A DNA stretch of 64,000 nucleotides from Ignavibacteria bacterium. GTDB taxonomy: Bacteria > Bacteroidota > Ignavibacteria > Kapaibacteriales > UBA961. The notes below the pieces were generated by a model, which made no database searches, was not told where the DNA came from, and saw nothing but the letters and a program-made list of their open reading frames with translations. Made by a program: the position numbers and the translations under genes. Positions 18,912-29,182 of this stretch are shown in pieces. Position 1 is the stretch's first letter. Each line of letters starts with the position of its first letter. Location: positions 79,443-143,442 of the forward strand of contig CANLII010000003.1 of assembly GCA_947491315.1 (NCBI GenBank), written 5' to 3'.

Positions 18912-19828
18912 AGGGGATCTTTTCCTGTTTTAAAACCAAAGAATATCCTACTTCCCACAGCGTGAGCAATAAATGGATTTGCAAAAGAGTGGGGAAGTAT
19001 CATTGCAAACAATTCTGAAATCCTTCCAAAGAATGGATATAAAGTAAATCGCAATAACCTTGACCGCATTGAATTTCCAATAATTTCTCCGATTCTGAAT
19101 ATTTCCAAGAATGCAGGATGCTTTGTTCGAATATAACGAAGATTCACCGCTCCGAATTGTTGCATTTGATTCAAAGCAAATGGAAGTGACTTTTGCATAA
19201 TTGAATAGGCAATTGCATGTTTTGCATAGTGAATGGGCACATGAAATTGCATGTGTAATCGATATGCACATTCCGTGTCGCCTCCTCCGTACAATTTCAT
19301 GTTCTCATCTTGTCCTCCAATCTCAATGAATATCTTGCTTGGAAGAGCCAGATTTCCTGTGGTGATATACTGAAATGGCACTAATTCCTCGGATTCAAAT
19401 CTCTTTTTACCACGAGTATGCAGATAATTTGCCCAAGCATTTGTGTCTGCATTTGTATAGATGAGATCACCTGCAGAAACACAAAATCCCTTCCGTAAAA
19501 TGGTAAGATGTTGTTCGAGAAAATCAGGCGCAGGTATGGCATCCGAATCAAGGAATGCAAGATATTCTGCTTTGATATGGGGTAATGCCAAATTTCTGGT
19601 GGCATTTCTACCATGATTCACTCGGTCATGATGTTGTAAAATCTCAATCTGCAAAGTAGAAAGCGAGCATAGATGTTCGATGGATTCTATTGTGTCATCC
19701 GTTGATCCATCGATGCAAATCAATAATCGGAAATCTTTCATGGTTTGTTGTTCAAATCCATTCATGCAAGCCAATAATTCATCTCGATTATTATATGTAG
19801 GAATGATGATGTCGAAGAGTGCATTCAT
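18902..19828 (-). CDS. Glycosyltransferase family 2
   Basis: IIPTYNNRDELLACMNGFEQQ, ICIDGSTDDT and LDSDAIP (GT-A fold with a DxD-type motif). Confidence 0.8.
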   Translation of the reverse strand: MNALFDIIIPTYNNRDELLACMNGFEQQTMKDFRLLICIDGSTDDTIESIEHLCSLSTLQIEILQHHDRVNHGRNATRNLALPHIKAEYLAFLDSDAIPAPDFLEQHLTILRKGFCVSAGDLIYTNADTNAWANYLHTRGKKRFESEELVPFQYITTGNLALPSKIFIEIGGQDENMKLYGGGDTECAYRLHMQFHVPIHYAKHAIAYSIMQKSLPFALNQMQQFGAVNLRYIRTKHPAFLEIFRIGEIIGNSMRSRLLRFTLYPFFGRISELFAMILPHSFANPFIAHAVGSRIFFGFKTGKDPLQP

Positions 19829-21132
19829 GACTTTTTATGCAAGAGTGTTTGTACAAAATGCAGGGTATCAGGAATTGCTCTGAAAAAATCCATTGGATAG
19901 AAAATTTCTTGTTTTATCGCATAGATGATTCCAATCAAAGAAAAAGTAAAAGTATAGCTCATTGTTCCGAGTGCAATCAACTCGGAATGACCACTCATTC
20001 CGATAAATATGGAAACAATGATGCCGGTCAAGGAGCTTATCACGGCATTTGCCAGAAGAGCTTTCATGTGATCTCTTGTAATGAAGATGATTGCGGTGAT
20101 CATCATTGGCAAAATGATCGCGGTGAGCATCAGGAGAGAAAAATGCTGATATGCCAAGAGATATTTCTGACTAAGAAACATGGTCACAAGCCACTCACCG
20201 ATGCCCATTTGAAAGATGATTACAATCCCGGTCATTGCAAACATCGTGAATGAAATAATCTTTGATGTCATTGCATGTTCTGCGTTTCGATCACCACGAG
20301 CATGCATTCTCACAAGCGCCGGATAGTATAAACCACTGATGCCGTCGATTAATGCTTCAAAGAATCGATAAAGAGTCTTTGCAGATTGAAATATTCCAAC
20401 GATTGCGGTACCAAAGAAATACTGCACGATATATACATCTAGATGTCGCATGATGGTTGCAGGAATATTCCATGCAACTTGAAATGCACCGAATCGAATG
20501 AAATCGCGGAATACAGACATTGTTGGCTTCGCAAATTCAATGAATCGAAATGCAAGCAATCCGCCTGCAAGAGAACCTATTGTTGTGCCCGCTCCTGAAA
20601 TATAGACCATGTCGGATAAACTCAATTCCCCTTTTTGCATTCCTAAATATATTGTTAAGCCAATCATCGTGAAAAACCAAGCACCATTGGCGATGAATAC
20701 TGATCTCATTTGTGTTTCACGAAGAAGAAATTTAATGAAGAAGAGTCTGGGAATGGTGAGTACCATCAGAATGGGAACATATTCAGCGACATGTACGAGT
20801 AATTGCTCATCAAATAGTCGAGCGATTTCATTTCCTGCAAGATAGATTGAAAGGCAAAGTATGCCGGATAGTCCGACATGTGACAAAGCGATTAAAGCAT
20901 TGAATTTGGCTCTTTCTTGTAATTTTGAGCCATATTTGACAATTCCATTGAGTGCAAAGCTATCCGTAAGAGTTGAAATCGAAATGATTATTGCGTCCAA
21001 AAGAGCGAAAAGACCAAATTCTGAAGGGGTCATCATGCTTACTTGATAGAGTCTGATGAGTCCATAAGCCATGAACAATACTTTGTCAAGCATGGTCCAT
21101 GTGATTTTTCCTAGATGATCTTGAATGCGCAT
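19825..21132 (-). CDS. Polysaccharide biosynthesis protein / oligosaccharide flippase (MOP/Wzx-like)
   Basis: 435 aa, hydrophobic throughout with about 12 TM segments. It overlaps the downstream GT2 gene by 4 bp (ATGA), so the two look like an operon. Confidence 0.6.
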   Translation of the reverse strand: MRIQDHLGKITWTMLDKVLFMAYGLIRLYQVSMMTPSEFGLFALLDAIIISISTLTDSFALNGIVKYGSKLQERAKFNALIALSHVGLSGILCLSIYLAGNEIARLFDEQLLVHVAEYVPILMVLTIPRLFFIKFLLRETQMRSVFIANGAWFFTMIGLTIYLGMQKGELSLSDMVYISGAGTTIGSLAGGLLAFRFIEFAKPTMSVFRDFIRFGAFQVAWNIPATIMRHLDVYIVQYFFGTAIVGIFQSAKTLYRFFEALIDGISGLYYPALVRMHARGDRNAEHAMTSKIISFTMFAMTGIVIIFQMGIGEWLVTMFLSQKYLLAYQHFSLLMLTAIILPMMITAIIFITRDHMKALLANAVISSLTGIIVSIFIGMSGHSELIALGTMSYTFTFSLIGIIYAIKQEIFYPMDFFRAIPDTLHFVQTLLHKKS

Positions 21133-21295
21133 TCTATTGAAGGATTATTGAGTATTTGAACGCAAAATTGAGCTTTCAATGCTCGTAATTACAAAAAAAT
21201 TTGCGTATTGTCTTGACAATGCACTAATTAGCACAAGAATTCATGCAATTTCCTGAATTTATTGGTATCTATATTCATTTTTCAAGGATTCTCAC

Positions 21296-22033
21296 ATGGG
21301 TAATGGAATTACAGGTTCATTGGATCTCAAAAGTGTAGCGGGATCATTAGTTATTGGTTTGATCGCCGTCTTTGGTTTAGGCTGGGTGAGCGGAAGCACA
21401 TTTGCGGCTTTACCATTTCCAGTTCTTTCCCTGCTATCCGGTTTCATTTTAAGTGGAATGGTTGCGGGATTACTCTCAAAGGACGAGACTATTGCAGAGC
21501 CTGTCATATCCTCAGTGATTGTGAGTCTAGCTTTGTACTTTTTCCTTCCCGGCTTGAATCTTCAGGGTTTTGCCGATATTCATCCAGAACATATTTTGCT
21601 TATTGGTTTGAATGGAATTATGCTCTCTTTCGCAGGAGCATGGGCGGGTGAAATGTTGCAAGGAACAATGGAAGATACTTCAGAAGTGAAGCATCTCGAA
21701 TGGGGTTGGGTTTTGGCAGGAACCATACTTGGCGTGATGGTTTCCATCTTGGTTTCCACATTGCTCATCATATTTCTTGGTTTTGTGTTTACTCCTCTGA
21801 TGATTGCATTTGTCATTGGACTCTTCATCACCGGCTTTTTGATAGGTTATAGGTCAGCCGGAGTAACAATTATGGAGGCGGCGCTTGCAGGATTATTCAC
21901 TCTGGTGATCAATGTGGATATTCTGACCTTGGCTTTGGTCCCACCCGGTTTCGATGAAATCATGATGGCTTTGATCTTGGGCGGCGTATTGTCCATGATT
22001 GGTGCTTGGATTGGAGAAAAAGTTCAGGGCTGA
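21296..22033 (+). CDS. Integral membrane protein of unknown function with internal duplication
   Basis: About 8 TM segments. Both halves end in the same motif: GIMLSFAGAWAGEMLQG (around residue 110) and GGVLSMIGAWIGEKVQG (C-terminus). Confidence 0.55.
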   Translation: MGNGITGSLDLKSVAGSLVIGLIAVFGLGWVSGSTFAALPFPVLSLLSGFILSGMVAGLLSKDETIAEPVISSVIVSLALYFFLPGLNLQGFADIHPEHILLIGLNGIMLSFAGAWAGEMLQGTMEDTSEVKHLEWGWVLAGTILGVMVSILVSTLLIIFLGFVFTPLMIAFVIGLFITGFLIGYRSAGVTIMEAALAGLFTLVINVDILTLALVPPGFDEIMMALILGGVLSMIGAWIGEKVQG

Positions 22034-22053
22034 CAAATAGCCGGAAAACGGAT

Positions 22054-22090
22054 AAATACTTTGTTCTCAGTCAGAACTGAGGTATTTTCG
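22054..22090 (+). terminator. Terminator-like hairpin
   Basis: aaatac (22054-59) / gtattt (22082-87) enclosing ctcag (22066-70) / ctgag (22077-81), followed by a short T tract. Confidence 0.4.
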
Positions 22091-22143
22091 CAATGTCTCT
22101 GTTTGCAGTATGACAGAGTACCGAACTAACCTCAACGATATCC

Positions 22144-25100
22144 ATGGTCAGATTTCCAAAAGCAGGCCCGGGAAGCATTCTATTCTTTTTATTGCAAGCA
22201 TGCATCCTTTTGTCAGTGATGATACAAGACATCATTGCAAAAGACATAAATACATATCCTATTCCGAAGGGTATTGTCCGTAATCAAGGTCAATACCCTT
22301 CATCTGTATTTGGCTATGTACGCAATGCTAATGCAGTACTTTGGTTTGATACATCAGGAATTTTGATTGATGTACATTCAGGAATCAAAAGGCATATCTT
22401 TCATGTCAAGCCAATTCTCTCCAGAGAAATTCATGTTGATTTTAAAAAAGTAGTACATCACATCAATGTTATTGATGGGAAAGGTACACCTACACAGGAA
22501 ACAATATACTCTGAATTTGAGATTAAGGATGATCAATCGCAAGTCTTGATGAAACATGAATTTTCTGATCAACATTGGAAATGGATTATGCCTCATTCTT
22601 CTAAACCAAGCATGAGTTTTAAGATAGAGGGAGCTGAGAAGATTGATATTGACAATACAAAAGGGGTCATTACATTATATTCCGGAGACATATCCTATTC
22701 GATTGATGCACCATTGATACAGAAAGGACAATCTTTTGTAAGATCAGTGATCAATATTAATCAAACATCGGAAATGACATGTTCTTATGATGAAAAGTTA
22801 TTTGAATCCACATTGAATGTCCCGGTGATCTTTACCACATTCATTGGTGGAGGTATGGCTGAGAATGTTAATGCTGTAACGCTTGATCAAAAGGGAAATA
22901 TATATGCATTGGGTGATACTGAAACTCCTGATTTTCCAGTATCTTCAGGCGCATATGATTCACCAAATGCAAAGCCAAAAGATTTATTTGTTTCCAAATA
23001 TGATTCCACTGGGAAAGTCATTGTCTATTCTGCGCGCATCGGGGGTTCACAGTTTGAAAAAGGGAATGCGATTGCTGTTGATACATTGGGACAGGTGTAT
23101 ATAACCGGTAGCACTACCTCAATAGATTTTCCTACAACGAGCAATGCATTTCAGTCACAAAAAAACTTAGCTGATGATGATGTGTTCTTCGCTAAGTTGA
23201 ATGCTTCCGGAACGGCATTGATATACAGTACATTTTTGATTGGAATGACAACTGACATTGCGCATGGAATTGCACTCGATGCAAATGCAGATGTATATCT
23301 CACCGGAACAACAGGGATTTTGAACAAAAGTCCGCATACATTCCCAAAGACTGCCGGGAGCTATGACACATCATATAATGGTGGAGCATTAGATGTCTTC
23401 ATAGCCAAGATCAATCCTGGCAATAAGGGGAAAGATGATTTAATTTTCTCTACCGTACTTGGTGGTGAGGATAATGATATTGGATATAAAATAGTCATTG
23501 CAAAAAATGGAAATATCATTGTTGCAGGTGAGACAGCCAGCAAGAACATATTCCCGGTCACCAATGGTGCGATTCAATCGAAACATCATGGTATGAGCGA
23601 AGGATTTATCGCAATGCTATCCCCGAAGGGTGATTCTTTGCTGTATTCCACTCTGCTTGGTGGAAGCGGTTATGAAAGAATAACGGGAATCAATTTTGAT
23701 GAACCTTCACAAAGTATATTCTATGCCGGTTATACCAATTCAAGTGGAATCTCGGATTCAGTAAATACGAATGCAATAAAGTTTCCTGTCACTATTGGGG
23801 CTTATGATACTACTTTTAACGGTGGAAATTACGATGCATTCATCGGGAAATTCGAACCTATTCCGGGAAGTTCACTAAAATTCTCCTCCTTCCTTGGTGG
23901 ATCAGGTGATGATTTTGTGACCGGATTAGGAGTCGATGTATGCGCAGCCCCATATGTAACCGGAAATACAAGCTCTATTGATTTTCCAATCACTGAAGAT
24001 GCGCCGGATTCCACGATCAAAAGAAATGAAGCTTTCATTTCAAAGCTGAATGCTCTGGCGAATGTTTTGGTATTCTCAAGTTATTTCGGAAATGATGAAG
24101 ATGATCAGAGCAATACAATCATTGTTGATGGTTCTGGTGCAATTTTCATTGGTGGTTCAGCATCGGGCAGTAATATACCCGGAAGCAATCAATCCACTAA
24201 TGCAAAAGATGGATTCATTGCAAAGATTCAAGTTGGAATACTTCCTCTAAAACCAGTCATTGACATCTCGGGAAGCCTATCATTTTGCAAGGGGGATTCT
24301 GTTAAACTTGATGTAACATCCAGAAATCTGATTTCATATCAATGGAGAAAGAATGCTACGCCCATTCAGGGAGCAAATACGCCTGTTTTGATAGTGAAAG
24401 AAACCGGTTTATACACAGTGGATGTTTCTGATGCAAGTGGATGTACGGGATCACAATCAGTTGCGGTAAATGCATTTGATCGACCAGGTTTGAAGATAGA
24501 TTCCATTTCGGTGATATGTCCAAATGATACGATTCAACTCAATGCACAAACTACTGATTCATTACAGAGTATTCAATGGAGTCCTTCCATTGGATTGTCC
24601 TGTACGGATTGTTTGAATCCTTTGGCATACCCGAAAATGACAATGATATATTCTCTCACGACAATCGATACGAATGGATGTTCGAGAATTGATACAGTAA
24701 AAGTATTTGTCATAGATTCAACAGCTCTTTCAATCCAGAATATTGTCGATACAATTTCGATATGCGCAAATACAAAAGGAATTATCCAATTTCCTATACG
24801 GAATACATCTTCTGTTGATTTGAATGTGAAAATACTCTCATTCACAGATCCATTACTGTCAACTACGATTGATACAATATTAATTCAAGCAGATTCCACA
24901 TTATTATTATCAATAGAGTTTGCAGGCAGACCAGATATAGGGCTTAGGAAATATGGAGTGAATATTGCTGATCATTGCGGAACAGTGAAATATGCTGAAT
25001 GGATGATAGATATACAACAACCTGATTTTATGTATATGGTTGATACTGCTTCCGAAACATGTAAAACGAATGTTGTTGAACAACAGATTTCTATTGCAAA

Positions 25101-26001
25101 TAACAATGCATTGAAAGGCACAATAATACTTTCCTCTGATGATGCTAGAGTACAGTTTTCCCGTTCTTCTTTATACATGAATCCATTTGACACAGATTCA
25201 TTGTTGGTGAGCTTTAGAAGTGATACAATCGGAAATTTCCCAATAAGCATAGTATTCGAACATGAATGTGGAAACAAAGACACGATCACTTGGACTGTGA
25301 ATGTGATTTCCAATCCATTTGATATTGCATGGAAAAATACTACAAGTGGAATCACAGCCTCAATGAGATTTGTCAAAACACTTTCTATCGCAAATCAATC
25401 CAACAGACCTTTGAATGGAAATACATCATTCGATCTTACCATTGTACATGAGCAAAGCGCACTTTCGATTGACTCAGTTGTTTCTAGGGATTGCAAAGTA
25501 ATCATGCAGAAAAGTGGAGATTCAATCCTTCTTACTTACACTAATTGTAAGGATACAGCAAGTTACAATACGGATATTCACATGCAGTCTGTGATTGGTG
25601 AAACACTGCGTCCTTGGGTGAGTGTCGCATCATTCACAAGTAAGGATCCATGTATTGAACCAATTATTCAAAACGCTACCGATACGATAGACTTGGATGC
25701 TTATGGATGTGAATTGACAACGCTTTCAATAGGAAGATCAAATGTGCAATTATTGGCAGTTGCTTTATCATCAGATAGATCTGTATTGAATGTCACGTAT
25801 GAACTATCAGAGAATATGCCAATCAATATTCGATGCATGAGTACTGTCGGACAAATCATGAATGTACTTCACATTCGAGACAAAGATGCAGGAAGACATC
25901 AAGTGTCGATACCAATGAATGGATTGTCCTCCGGTATATATGCCTTGATTTTTGAATCTGAACACTATGCGGCTTCATCATTATTCATGATCATGGAGTG
26001 A
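22144..26001 (+). CDS. Large secreted SBBP (beta-propeller) repeat protein with Ig-like domains and a T9SS-type C-terminal domain
   Basis: Signal/anchor ILFFLLQACILLSVMI. Recurring SBBP-type repeat, for example GNAIAVDTLGQVYITGSTTSIDFPTTSNAFQ, AHGIALDANADVYLTGTTG and GYKIVIAKNGNIIVAGETAS...FPVTNGAIQ. Cys-containing Ig-like repeats (SFCKGDSVKLDV...YQWRKNATPIQGAN...GLYTVDVSDASGC). The C-terminus GIYALIFESEHYAASSLFMIME is CTD-like but lacks the PNP motif. Confidence 0.7.
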   Translation: MVRFPKAGPGSILFFLLQACILLSVMIQDIIAKDINTYPIPKGIVRNQGQYPSSVFGYVRNANAVLWFDTSGILIDVHSGIKRHIFHVKPILSREIHVDFKKVVHHINVIDGKGTPTQETIYSEFEIKDDQSQVLMKHEFSDQHWKWIMPHSSKPSMSFKIEGAEKIDIDNTKGVITLYSGDISYSIDAPLIQKGQSFVRSVININQTSEMTCSYDEKLFESTLNVPVIFTTFIGGGMAENVNAVTLDQKGNIYALGDTETPDFPVSSGAYDSPNAKPKDLFVSKYDSTGKVIVYSARIGGSQFEKGNAIAVDTLGQVYITGSTTSIDFPTTSNAFQSQKNLADDDVFFAKLNASGTALIYSTFLIGMTTDIAHGIALDANADVYLTGTTGILNKSPHTFPKTAGSYDTSYNGGALDVFIAKINPGNKGKDDLIFSTVLGGEDNDIGYKIVIAKNGNIIVAGETASKNIFPVTNGAIQSKHHGMSEGFIAMLSPKGDSLLYSTLLGGSGYERITGINFDEPSQSIFYAGYTNSSGISDSVNTNAIKFPVTIGAYDTTFNGGNYDAFIGKFEPIPGSSLKFSSFLGGSGDDFVTGLGVDVCAAPYVTGNTSSIDFPITEDAPDSTIKRNEAFISKLNALANVLVFSSYFGNDEDDQSNTIIVDGSGAIFIGGSASGSNIPGSNQSTNAKDGFIAKIQVGILPLKPVIDISGSLSFCKGDSVKLDVTSRNLISYQWRKNATPIQGANTPVLIVKETGLYTVDVSDASGCTGSQSVAVNAFDRPGLKIDSISVICPNDTIQLNAQTTDSLQSIQWSPSIGLSCTDCLNPLAYPKMTMIYSLTTIDTNGCSRIDTVKVFVIDSTALSIQNIVDTISICANTKGIIQFPIRNTSSVDLNVKILSFTDPLLSTTIDTILIQADSTLLLSIEFAGRPDIGLRKYGVNIADHCGTVKYAEWMIDIQQPDFMYMVDTASETCKTNVVEQQISIANNNALKGTIILSSDDARVQFSRSSLYMNPFDTDSLLVSFRSDTIGNFPISIVFEHECGNKDTITWTVNVISNPFDIAWKNTTSGITASMRFVKTLSIANQSNRPLNGNTSFDLTIVHEQSALSIDSVVSRDCKVIMQKSGDSILLTYTNCKDTASYNTDIHMQSVIGETLRPWVSVASFTSKDPCIEPIIQNATDTIDLDAYGCELTTLSIGRSNVQLLAVALSSDRSVLNVTYELSENMPINIRCMSTVGQIMNVLHIRDKDAGRHQVSIPMNGLSSGIYALIFESEHYAASSLFMIME

Positions 26002-26009
26002 TGTAGTTA

Positions 26010-28142
26010 ATGAAAAAGACATTGTTAATAGTTTTTGCACTATGCTTCTCATATGTACATTCCACAGCTCAAGATGAGAATTACACTCTGTATAATCCCA
26101 TACATCTTGGTTTCGGACTCACAGGCGGATTGGGATTGCATTCCACTAATTCCACGCTGCGATGTATAGGCGACCCTGCATGTCCGACCTTTGATGGTGG
26201 AATCGGTTCACAGTTTGGGATTATGGGGAATATAGAATGGATGCCCACAGACTGGGGAATGCGCGGATCGATTGGCTTTTCAAATGGTTCTGTTAAAATG
26301 TCAACGACAGATAGCAGAGCTTTGGTTAAAGATGTGAATGGAATGATTGTTCCCCTTATCAGAGAACACTCCTTGAATATCGCAATGCCAATGATCAATA
26401 TGGATCTTGGACTGCAAAGGTCATTTGGAAACTCACGAGTGTTTTTCGGACCAAACTTTGGATTCTTGTTGAGTCCAACTTGGAAAAGCGCTTCCACATT
26501 ACTATCTCCGAATAATGTGACATTCAAATCGGGTTCTCGTGATACAGTTTTTCTCGATCAAGGAATTCCAAATGTGAATGCATTGCAATTTGGTTTAAGT
26601 ATGGGATATGGACATCATATACCCCTATCAAAACATATAGTACTTGTACCGGAAATCTCAGCATCCATTCCATTTAGCAGAATCATTGCCGGTCCTGAAT
26701 GGAAGCAGACTTCAATTCTTATAGGAATGTCCATTCGCTGGGGGATGGGTGCGGTCAAGGAAGAAGTGATTCGTAGAGCGGAAGTCATAGACACCATCGA
26801 GGTGAATGTGAATGAAAGAATTGGATCCATGATCATCGAAGGACAAAAAAAAAGTACCCGATCACTTGAAGAATTTGAAACGCATAACATTATCACAGAG
26901 ACAGTAGAAAGAACGGATACATTAAAAGTTGGATTGCCACCAAAGCAATCTCCAAAACCAGTCATGAAAATCCACATCGCTCAAGATGAAGAATCAGAGG
27001 AAGTTAATGCAATCAATGTTCGTGGTCAATTGGTGACAGAAGCATTTCCGATTCTCCCGATGGTTTTTTTTTCTGAAGCGGACATTAATCTTCATCCACG
27101 ATATAGACAATTGCGTACGATTGAAGGGTTTGCATCCGATAAACTTGAGCCATTGGTTTCCGAACAGCATAAAGACATATTGAATATCATTGGGGATCGA
27201 ATGAATAAAAATATGCAAGCCAACATTGAATTACGGGGATTTAGTGATCCGACAACCGAAAATTCCGATTGTGAATTGGCAGGTAAAAGAGTTGGAACAG
27301 TTCGAGAGTATTTGGCAAATGTTTGGAATGTCGATAGATCAAGAATCATGATTGAAATGGATAGCAGAAAATGCTCTCCCGATAATCCAACGATGAGTAG
27401 AATTCCTCAAGGATATGAGGAGAATAGAAGAATTGAAATTATATCGGATCAAAAAGATATTCTTGCACCTGTGATCAGATCCAGATATGTTGAGATCACC
27501 GAATATACTCCGAAAGATTTATATATAAGTTCAAGTGAAACAATCGGCGAGAATATCATCTCTTGGAAGCTCGCTTCACAATTGGGGGATTCAGTTTTGC
27601 ATGCAAAAGATGGCGCTCAACTACCATTGTGGATACAAATGCCGATTGAAAAAGAGGATGCTCGGCTCATGCAACAGTCAATGAATGATCAATTGCAAAT
27701 GTCCATGATCATTCAAGACAATGAAGGTGATGTGGGTAGTGCGGAGGTGAGTATTCCCATTCAAAGAGACACAACTAATTTTGCAATTCAAAGATTGTCA
27801 TTGATGCATTTTCCGGTGCAGAAAGCTACGCTTGACAAACAGGGCAGAAATGCCATAGATGCTTTTTTGCAAGATTTAGAAGACAATGCCTCAATCAGTA
27901 TCATAGGATATAGTGACAATCTAGGAAATGCCCAATCAAATCTGGAACTCTCAAAAAAAAGAGCAGAAACAGTGTTCAAATATATTCGAAGCATAAAACC
28001 CAAATCGAATATCGTCAAAGTGAATGGGCTCGGCTCGACTGCATTGCCACCGGGAATACGATCACATGAATTACCCGAGAGTAGATTTCTCAGTAGAACA
28101 GTTCAAATTGAAATTATCAGAACATGGAAGAATCTCGAATGA
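26010..28142 (+). CDS. Outer-membrane protein with predicted N-terminal beta-barrel region and two OmpA/MotB-like peptidoglycan-binding domains
   Basis: Signal peptide [21 protein letters not shown]. First OmpA-like block [30 protein letters not shown] (degenerate). Second block [31 protein letters not shown] (canonical). Confidence 0.7.
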   Translation: MKKTLLIVFALCFSYVHSTAQDENYTLYNPIHLGFGLTGGLGLHSTNSTLRCIGDPACPTFDGGIGSQFGIMGNIEWMPTDWGMRGSIGFSNGSVKMSTTDSRALVKDVNGMIVPLIREHSLNIAMPMINMDLGLQRSFGNSRVFFGPNFGFLLSPTWKSASTLLSPNNVTFKSGSRDTVFLDQGIPNVNALQFGLSMGYGHHIPLSKHIVLVPEISASIPFSRIIAGPEWKQTSILIGMSIRWGMGAVKEEVIRRAEVIDTIEVNVNERIGSMIIEGQKKSTRSLEEFETHNIITETVERTDTLKVGLPPKQSPKPVMKIHIAQDEESEEVNAINVRGQLVTEAFPILPMVFFSEADINLHPRYRQLRTIEGFASDKLEPLVSEQHKDILNIIGDRMNKNMQANIELRGFSDPTTENSDCELAGKRVGTVREYLANVWNVDRSRIMIEMDSRKCSPDNPTMSRIPQGYEENRRIEIISDQKDILAPVIRSRYVEITEYTPKDLYISSSETIGENIISWKLASQLGDSVLHAKDGAQLPLWIQMPIEKEDARLMQQSMNDQLQMSMIIQDNEGDVGSAEVSIPIQRDTTNFAIQRLSLMHFPVQKATLDKQGRNAIDAFLQDLEDNASISIIGYSDNLGNAQSNLELSKKRAETVFKYIRSIKPKSNIVKVNGLGSTALPPGIRSHELPESRFLSRTVQIEIIRTWKNLE

Positions 28143-29182
28143 GTGAAATTAGACTCACACAATTTAGTCATGGCGCAGGATGTGGATGTAAAATCTCACC
28201 ATCAATACTTGATGCCATTTTACATACAAATGAAGCTTTGCCACATACCGGAAATCTCATCGTGGGAAATAGCTCACGCGATGATGCCGCAGTATATGAT
28301 TTGGGAAATGGAACCGCACTCATCAGCACAACAGACTTCTTCATGCCAATCGTTGATGATGCATATGAGTTTGGAAAAATAGCATCTGCAAATGCAATCA
28401 GTGATGTCTATGCCATGGGTGGAACACCAATTTTGGCCATTGCAATATTAGGTTGGCCAGTAGATACATTGTCTCCCGAAATTGCACGCAAAGTCATTGA
28501 AGGCAGTAGAGCTATGTGTGCTGAAGCAGGAATTGCTTTGGCCGGTGGACATTCCATTGATTCTCCCGAGCCAATTTTTGGACTTGCAGTCAATGGTATA
28601 GTTCCAATCAATCAACTCAAACAAAATATTGGTGCGAAGCCGGGTGATCTCTTGTATTTGACAAAACCACTTGGCATTGGTATTCTCACAACGGCTGAGA
28701 AGAAATCTTTGCTTCAGGAAAAGCATGTTCATCTTGCGGCAACATGGATGATGAAATTGAATTCAATTGGAAAAGAACTTTCTTTGATTGATGGTGTTCA
28801 TGCATTGACTGATGTGACGGGATTTGGTTTATTCGGTCATCTCATTGAAATGTGTGAAGGAAGCAATGTGCATGCAGAACTTATGATGGAGCATATCCCA
28901 TTGCTTGATTCAGTGATGGAATATGCCGAAATGAATTCGATTCCCGGTGGCACGCATCGGAATTGGAAGAGTTATGGACATAAGATTGGAGATGTGAGTG
29001 ATGCAATCAAACATATACTTGCGGATCCACAAACCAGCGGAGGATTATTAATTGCAGTTGATCCAAAGGAAGCATATAAAGTTGAAGAAATTCTCAAGGG
29101 TCATGTGGAGGAAGGAATGATCAAACCAATTGGAAGATGTATTGAACAGAATGAACAAGTGCACAGAGTGAGTGTGCAATGA
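28139..29182 (+). CDS. selD: Selenide, water dikinase (selenophosphate synthetase), Cys-type
   Basis: ATG 28139 overlaps the upstream [50 protein letters not shown] and [23 protein letters not shown] are very close to E. coli SelD. The active-site loop has Cys (GCGCK), not an in-frame TGA. Confidence 0.92.
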   Translation: MSEIRLTQFSHGAGCGCKISPSILDAILHTNEALPHTGNLIVGNSSRDDAAVYDLGNGTALISTTDFFMPIVDDAYEFGKIASANAISDVYAMGGTPILAIAILGWPVDTLSPEIARKVIEGSRAMCAEAGIALAGGHSIDSPEPIFGLAVNGIVPINQLKQNIGAKPGDLLYLTKPLGIGILTTAEKKSLLQEKHVHLAATWMMKLNSIGKELSLIDGVHALTDVTGFGLFGHLIEMCEGSNVHAELMMEHIPLLDSVMEYAEMNSIPGGTHRNWKSYGHKIGDVSDAIKHILADPQTSGGLLIAVDPKEAYKVEEILKGHVEEGMIKPIGRCIEQNEQVHRVSVQ

